A stretch of DNA of 58,461 nucleotides from an archaeon (GTDB taxonomy: Archaea > Nanobdellota > Nanobdellia > Pacearchaeales > UBA284). The stretch lies in the NCBI GenBank assembly GCA_030612665.1, contig JAUWNL010000002.1, positions 1-58,461 of the forward strand, read 5' to 3'. Both the position numbers and the translations under genes were made by a program. The notes beneath the pieces are model-generated. The model did no database searches and had not been told where the DNA came from. It saw only the letters and a list, made by a program, of their open reading frames with translations. Shown here in pieces: positions 53,762-58,461 of the stretch (the stretch's first letter is position 1; each line of letters opens with the position of its first letter).

Positions 53762-54432
53762 AAGATGCAATAGTATTTGTTGATGCTAATAACTGGTATC
53801 ATAATGTAAAAAAGATTTTTAGACCCAGCAAGATATCTATAAAAAAAATCTCTGAACTTATATGTCATAATTTGAAATTTAATCTTAAAGAGGTAAGATG
53901 GTATGCATCTATTCCGGATATTGCTGATGGAGAAGAAGTTTATTATGACCATATGCGTTTTCTTTCTAGCTTGGAAAAAGAAGGAATAAAAGTGATAACA
54001 AGAAAGTTACAAAGATTATCCGCTAAAGAGATATTAAAAAAGAAAAAAGACACAATTGAATCTCTTGATTTATGTAAAAATTGTAAGCCACTAATTGAAG
54101 CAAGTTTCTTAGACCTCGCAGATATCAATAGAAAAGAAAAAGGTATTGATGTATGGTTGGCTATTGACATGATAAAAAAATCAATTATTGATAAAGAATG
54201 TGATGTTTGTATCTTAATCTCAGGGGATACTGATTTTGTTCCAGCAGTTAAACTAATACAAAAAGCAAAAAAAGAAGTTTTAAGTGCTTTTGTTCCTTAT
54301 GGATATTCAAATGAGCTAAGAAATAGCACGAGTTATTTTATTATTAGAAAAGAAACCTTAATTAAATGTTTTAGAGATTATGAAAGTAAAAAGGAAAAGA
54401 AGAAGCCTAAAAACAAAAATGAAAGCCTTTAA
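53758..54432 (+). CDS. NYN/LabA-like (PIN-like RNase fold) protein
   Basis: IVFVDANNWYH, GIDVWLAIDM and ILISGDTDFVPAV, the conserved acidic motifs of the NYN/DUF88 family. Confidence 0.75.
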   Translation: MKDAIVFVDANNWYHNVKKIFRPSKISIKKISELICHNLKFNLKEVRWYASIPDIADGEEVYYDHMRFLSSLEKEGIKVITRKLQRLSAKEILKKKKDTIESLDLCKNCKPLIEASFLDLADINRKEKGIDVWLAIDMIKKSIIDKECDVCILISGDTDFVPAVKLIQKAKKEVLSAFVPYGYSNELRNSTSYFIIRKETLIKCFRDYESKKEKKKPKNKNESL

Positions 54433-55108
54433 ACTATCCCCCTCAAGCCTCAGTTTAATGGAAGACTGTCCAAGATGTTTCTGGCTCCATCACAACCAAA
54501 GAATAAAAAGACCAGATACCATATTCCCATCCCTTCCCTCAGGAATGGATAGAATTCTAAAGACCCATTTTGATAAATTCATGAGAAAAGGAGAACTTCC
54601 GCCTGAACTCAAGGAAAACAAAGAATGTAAAGACATAAAACTTTTTGAAGATGAAGAAACCTTGCAAGTATGGAGAAATAATAGGAAAGGAATTACATGG
54701 ACAGACAAGGAAGGGAACTTACTGCGTGGAGCTGTTGATAATATTCTTGTAAACAAGAAAAACAACAATCTCGTTGTTCTTGACTATAAAACAAGAGGAT
54801 ATCCTGTCAAGGAAGATACTCCCAAATATTATCAAAAACAACTAGACATTTACAATTTCCTCCTTAGAAAAAATGGTTACAACACAGAAGATTATGGTTT
54901 CTTATTATTCTATATTCCCAGAGAAGTTACAGAAACAGGAGAAGTGATCTTTGACACAACTCTAGTAAAAATGAAAATAAACATAGCTAATGCTGAAAAT
55001 ATCTGGAAAAAAGCTCTCAAGCTTTTGAATGGACCTTGCCCAGCAATGAAAAAAGATGATGAAGAGTGTGTCTGGTGTAGAATGATCCAGAGCCAAGATG
55101 GGACATAG
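54419..55108 (+). CDS. Cas4-like PD-(D/E)XK nuclease with Cys cluster (stand-alone, no cas neighbours)
   Basis: N-terminal CPRC, core GAVDNIL ... VVLDYKT (D ... DxK), and C-terminal GPCP ... ECVWC. ATG at 54419 overlaps the NYN stop by 14 nt. Confidence 0.6.
   Translation: MKAFKLSPSSLSLMEDCPRCFWLHHNQRIKRPDTIFPSLPSGMDRILKTHFDKFMRKGELPPELKENKECKDIKLFEDEETLQVWRNNRKGITWTDKEGNLLRGAVDNILVNKKNNNLVVLDYKTRGYPVKEDTPKYYQKQLDIYNFLLRKNGYNTEDYGFLLFYIPREVTETGEVIFDTTLVKMKINIANAENIWKKALKLLNGPCPAMKKDDEECVWCRMIQSQDGT
54455..54491 (+). repeat. 37-bp perfect direct repeat, copy 2
   Basis: Identical to 53495..53531. Confidence 0.9.
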
Positions 55109-55162
55109 GACATAAAAAAGTAAAAGTCAAAAAAGTAAAGAAAAGAAAGAGGAAAAAATAAA

Positions 55163-56833
55163 ATGAATGCTTTAATCTTGCTCTTAGTTGTTCTGGCATG
55201 GCTCATTGGCGGCTATTTTATTTATGCAAAATTTTTAGATAAAAAATTAATAAATCCTGATGACAAGAAAAAAACCCCTGCCAATGTAATTAAAAATAAT
55301 ATAGATTATAAACCAAGTAAAAAATTCTTTCTTTTTGGACATCATTTTGCTTCAATAGCAGGAGCTGGTCCCATAATTGGGCCAATACTTGCTGTTTCTT
55401 ATTTTGGTTGGTTATTTGTGATTTTGTGGATAGCCATTGGAAGTGTTTTCATTGGAGGTGTTCATGACTACATCACTTTAATGCTTTCAGTAAGACATAA
55501 AGGCCAGGGAATAGCAAAAATTTCAGAGAAAAGAATTGGTAAAAAAACTTTTTACATTTTTTCAATATTGCTCTGGGCTACTCTAATGTTAATAATTTCA
55601 GTTTTTTCTGTGAGTTCTGCCCAGTCTCTCGTTGAAATTCCTGAGCTGGTTATTCCTTTTTTTGGAATAACTCTCACAGCTATCTTTCTTGGCTTGGCAG
55701 TTTACAAGTTTAATCAAAACAAGATAATCTCAAGCATCATTGCAGTCATCACAGTAATATTTTTCATTTGGCTTGGGATTAAAGTTCCAATTTCATTGCC
55801 TTTTACACAAGCAATCTCTCAAACAGTCTGGGTCAGTGTCTTATTTATCTATGCTTTAATAGTCTCTCTAGTTCCTGTCTGGTTAATTTTACAACCAAGA
55901 GATTATGTTTCTTCAATAAGTTTATTCGCTTTCTTATTTATAGGTATAGCAGCAATAATAATATCAAGACCAGAGATAAATGCTCCTGCCACTATTCCTT
56001 TTTCTTTATCCCAAGTTCCATTATGGCCTATCTTGTTCATAACTGTTGCTTGTGGTGCTGTTTCAGGGTTCCATGCCATGATCTCTTCAGGAACAACTTC
56101 AAAACAACTTGCTAAGGAATCTCATGGAAAATTCATAGGTTATGGAGCTATGATTGCTGAGGGAATTGTTGCCCTGCTTGTTGTAATTTTTGTTATAGCT
56201 GGATTAAAATGGAATCCAGGTTTTGCTTTAACAGGAAATCTTGATTTTTTTGCTGATGCTCTGGCAAGTGGATGGATTGTAGCTTTTGGAAGAGGATTTG
56301 CAAATATTGTAGGTTCAGCATTTCCATTTATTCCTTTTGTATTACTCATAATTCTTGGTTCATTAGTAGTTAATACTTTTATTCTCACATCTCTTGACAC
56401 TAGCACAAGAATTGGAAGAATGATTGCTTCTGAGGCAATTCCAAGAAAATCAAAAATAAATAAAAAGTTCCTGCTTACTTTAGTAACTCTCATTCCAGCT
56501 TTCTTGCTAGCTATAACTAACTCATACTCTAGTTTATGGAGAATGTTTGGCGCTTCAAATCAATTAATAGCTGGAATAGTACTTATAGCAATCACTGCAT
56601 ATCTTGTAGAACATAAAAAACCATCTCTCTATACTCTAATCCCCTCAATATTCATGATAATAACAACTCTGGCAGCCTTGTTCTATGGGCTTTACAATTA
56701 TTTCTTTAAAGAAATGAACATGAGCCTTGCAATAATCTCATTGATCTTAATTATTTTTGCTGTCTTTGTCACAATTGAAACCCTCGCCAAGATAATAAGC
56801 CTTAAGCGAGCCTCAAGCCAGCGAGCCCATTAG
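55163..56833 (+). CDS. cstA: carbon starvation protein A family transporter
   Basis: 556 aa with about 15 TM helices. GHHFASIAGAGPIIGPILA is the typical CstA N-terminal motif. Confidence 0.8.
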   Translation: MNALILLLVVLAWLIGGYFIYAKFLDKKLINPDDKKKTPANVIKNNIDYKPSKKFFLFGHHFASIAGAGPIIGPILAVSYFGWLFVILWIAIGSVFIGGVHDYITLMLSVRHKGQGIAKISEKRIGKKTFYIFSILLWATLMLIISVFSVSSAQSLVEIPELVIPFFGITLTAIFLGLAVYKFNQNKIISSIIAVITVIFFIWLGIKVPISLPFTQAISQTVWVSVLFIYALIVSLVPVWLILQPRDYVSSISLFAFLFIGIAAIIISRPEINAPATIPFSLSQVPLWPILFITVACGAVSGFHAMISSGTTSKQLAKESHGKFIGYGAMIAEGIVALLVVIFVIAGLKWNPGFALTGNLDFFADALASGWIVAFGRGFANIVGSAFPFIPFVLLIILGSLVVNTFILTSLDTSTRIGRMIASEAIPRKSKINKKFLLTLVTLIPAFLLAITNSYSSLWRMFGASNQLIAGIVLIAITAYLVEHKKPSLYTLIPSIFMIITTLAALFYGLYNYFFKEMNMSLAIISLILIIFAVFVTIETLAKIISLKRASSQRAH

Positions 56834-56868
56834 GGCGAGCGATACTTAATCACAATAATTCTTATAAA
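56820..56868 (+). repeat. 49-bp GC-rich-plus-TATA intergenic repeat, copy A
   Basis: AGCGAGCCCATTAGGGCGAGCGATACTTAATCACAATAATTCTTATAAA is identical at 57820..57868. An extra GCGAGC lies at 56805. Copy A overlaps the cstA stop. Confidence 0.9.
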
Positions 56869-56889
56869 ATCTAACAATAGAATATTCAC

Positions 56890-57819
56890 ATGGTTAAATC
56901 AATAAAAGATTCTGAGCTTCCTATTTTAAAAGACAAGATATATCATTTAAGATTAAAACCTGAACAATTAGCAAGAAATATTTTTGTAGTTGGTGACCCC
57001 GCAAGAGCAGATAAGGTGGCAACTTATTTTGATAATATTGAATATAAAATAAAGAATAGAGAATTTACTACAAGAACAGGAAAATATAGAGGAATGCCTG
57101 TTAGTGTAATTGGAACAGGAATAGGAACAGATAATAATGAAATTGCTTTAGTTGAAGCTTTTGGATTAAATGAATTTGACCTTGAATCAAGAGTAAGAAA
57201 AGAAAAAATACAACCATTAACAATTATTAGGTTAGGTACATCTGGAGGTCTCCAAAAAGATATTGAAGTTGGTACTTTAGCGATTTCAAGTTATGGTCTG
57301 GGATTAGACAATACTGGTTTGTTTTATGATCAAGAAGCTCCGGATGAAATAAGTCTTAGAATAGAAAAAGAGGCATATAAGATTATTACAAATGCGGCTC
57401 CAAAAGAAAGTAGATTTAAAGGCAAAATATATCCTTATGTTTCAAAAGCATCGCCAGAAATTGTAAAATCTTTAGCAAAAAATGCAAAAGAAAATTATGT
57501 TATAGGAATAACTGCCTCTGCTTCAGGATTTTTTGCTCCACAAGGAAGAGAAATAGATGGTTTAAAGATAACCATACCAAGATTACAAGAGCATTTAGCA
57601 GATCTAGAAGTAGATGGCCAAAAAGTTGTTAATTTTGAGATGGAATCTAGTCTCTTATTTCATTTAGCAAGACAGATGAATTATAAAGCTGGTACCATAT
57701 GCCCAATTCTTGCAAATCGTCCAAAAGGAACTTTCTTAAAGGATTACGAAGCTGTAGTTGAAAAATGTATTAAAGTAGGACTCAAAGCCATGCTTGAACT
57801 TTACAAAAAGATAAAATAA
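56890..57819 (+). CDS. nucleoside phosphorylase (PNP_UDP_1 family, uridine/purine type)
   Basis: VVGDPARA, GTGIGTDN, RLGTSGG and NFEMESS motifs. Confidence 0.7.
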   Translation: MVKSIKDSELPILKDKIYHLRLKPEQLARNIFVVGDPARADKVATYFDNIEYKIKNREFTTRTGKYRGMPVSVIGTGIGTDNNEIALVEAFGLNEFDLESRVRKEKIQPLTIIRLGTSGGLQKDIEVGTLAISSYGLGLDNTGLFYDQEAPDEISLRIEKEAYKIITNAAPKESRFKGKIYPYVSKASPEIVKSLAKNAKENYVIGITASASGFFAPQGREIDGLKITIPRLQEHLADLEVDGQKVVNFEMESSLLFHLARQMNYKAGTICPILANRPKGTFLKDYEAVVEKCIKVGLKAMLELYKKIK

Positions 57820-57868
57820 AGCGAGCCCATTAGGGCGAGCGATACTTAATCACAATAATTCTTATAAA
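57820..57868 (+). repeat. 49-bp GC-rich-plus-TATA intergenic repeat, copy B
   Basis: Identical to copy A, exactly 1000 bp downstream. CTTATAAA ends 22 nt before the next ATG. Confidence 0.9.
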
Positions 57869-57890
57869 CCTGTAATGAAAACAAATTATT

Positions 57891-58079
57891 ATGGAAAAAC
57901 ATTATTCTAAAATCAAAATTCTTGTAGACAAAGTCCGTTCGACTCTTATAAGACTAACTGTTCTAGAATATCATTCAAAAATAGAATTAGAATGTAGCAA
58001 TGTAAGTCCTAATAATAAATTAGTAAATTCATATTTCTATCCAAAAATCCTTAAAAATCTTAATTCTAAATTAGAATAA
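57891..58079 (+). CDS. hypothetical small protein
   Basis: 62-aa ORF preceded by the repeat-borne TATA-like box. No motif. Confidence 0.25.
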   Translation: MEKHYSKIKILVDKVRSTLIRLTVLEYHSKIELECSNVSPNNKLVNSYFYPKILKNLNSKLE

Positions 58080-58103
58080 GCGAGCCCGATAGGGCGAGCG
58101 ATA
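58078..58103 (+). repeat. GCGAGC-type repeat, degenerate copy C
   Basis: AAGCGAGCCCGATAGGGCGAGCGATA. A further related GGGCGCGAGCATAG lies at 58444-58457, near the window end. Confidence 0.7.
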
Positions 58104-58160
58104 GAGTGATAAAACAAAAGATTTAAAAGAAAGGAGATTTTTCTCATTTATTATACTAAA

Positions 58161-58373
58161 ATGGCAGAAGGAACAGTTAAGTTTTTCAACAGAACTAGGA
58201 ACTATGGATTCATTAATGGTGATGATGGAAAAACCTATTTTGTCCATGGAAGTGGATTAAAAGAAGGAGTTTCAATAGATGAAGGAGACAAGGTTTCTTT
58301 CAAAGCTACAGAGGGAGACAAAGGTCCAAAAGCTGAAGAAGTTGAAAAGCAAAAAGGAAAGAAAAAAGAATAA
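58161..58373 (+). CDS. csp: cold-shock domain protein (CspA family)
   Basis: GTVKFFNRTRNYGFI (RNP1-like) and TYFVHGS (RNP2-like). GGAG lies upstream. Lys/Glu-rich tail. Confidence 0.85.
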   Translation: MAEGTVKFFNRTRNYGFINGDDGKTYFVHGSGLKEGVSIDEGDKVSFKATEGDKGPKAEEVEKQKGKKKE

Positions 58374-58461
58374 AAACATTTAACATCTAGCAAATTAATT
58401 CTTGATTAGTTTTGTGTTTTTTTCCTAATTGGAAATCTGTTCGGGCGCGAGCATAGAAAGG

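Noticed and set aside
54490-55206. Minus-strand ORFs 54490-54768, 54910-55206 and 55017-55199.
   Set aside because: They are antisense to the Cas4-like gene and the cstA start, and have no supporting motifs.
56140-56493. 117-aa minus-strand ORF inside cstA.
   Set aside because: It is a shadow ORF of a long, well-supported transporter gene.

Overview
This is a very AT-rich archaeal chromosome segment. Archaeal identity rests on Rpo3/D, Rpo4/F and Rpo10/N, r-proteins L18e and L21e, an Rpr2-type RNase P protein and a pyruvoyl arginine decarboxylase. Compact genes and lysine-rich protein tails look DPANN-like, but the lineage cannot be proven from this window. All family calls come from reading motifs in the supplied translations; no HMM or database search was run.

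The window falls into four blocks.

(1) 1-34.7 kb is a large surface-glycan biosynthesis island:
- five paralogous B12-binding radical SAM enzymes and two non-B12 radical SAM paralogs;
- five class I methyltransferases, plus GT4, GT2 and GT-C glycosyltransferases;
- a NeuA/NeuB-type nonulosonic-acid module and a four-gene ADP-heptose-type module;
- two different thiamine-diphosphate (TPP) enzyme systems and a Wzx-type flippase.

(2) 34.7-49.5 kb is core machinery:
- SecD/SecF, PdaD, four tRNAs and a stand-alone 5S rRNA;
- an unassigned GC-rich structured RNA candidate, the RNase P protein Rpr2 and RpoN;
- a MacB-like ABC module;
- the conserved S13-S4-S11-RpoD-L18e-L13-S9 and L21e-RpoF-DUF655 clusters.

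(3) 49.5-55.1 kb is an accessory island rich in nucleases and NTPases:
- a Zot-like P-loop ATPase and a coiled-coil HEPN-like (Rx4H) protein;
- a minimal nucleotidyltransferase and a tyrosine recombinase;
- a three-gene operon with an NYN RNase-like gene, flanked by two genes that share a perfect 37-bp N-terminal coding repeat of a Cas4-like nuclease.

(4) 55.1-58.4 kb holds CstA, a nucleoside phosphorylase and a cold-shock protein, separated by GC-rich GCGAGC-containing intergenic repeats.

No CRISPR array, transposase or large rRNA operon was seen.

The best candidates for undescribed biology are:
- the rSAM/TPP-rich heptose-modification locus;
- the ATPase-HEPN pair;
- the NYN/Cas4-like operon with its internal repeat;
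- the unassigned structured RNA;
- a tRNA-Leu with an A34 (AAG) anticodon.
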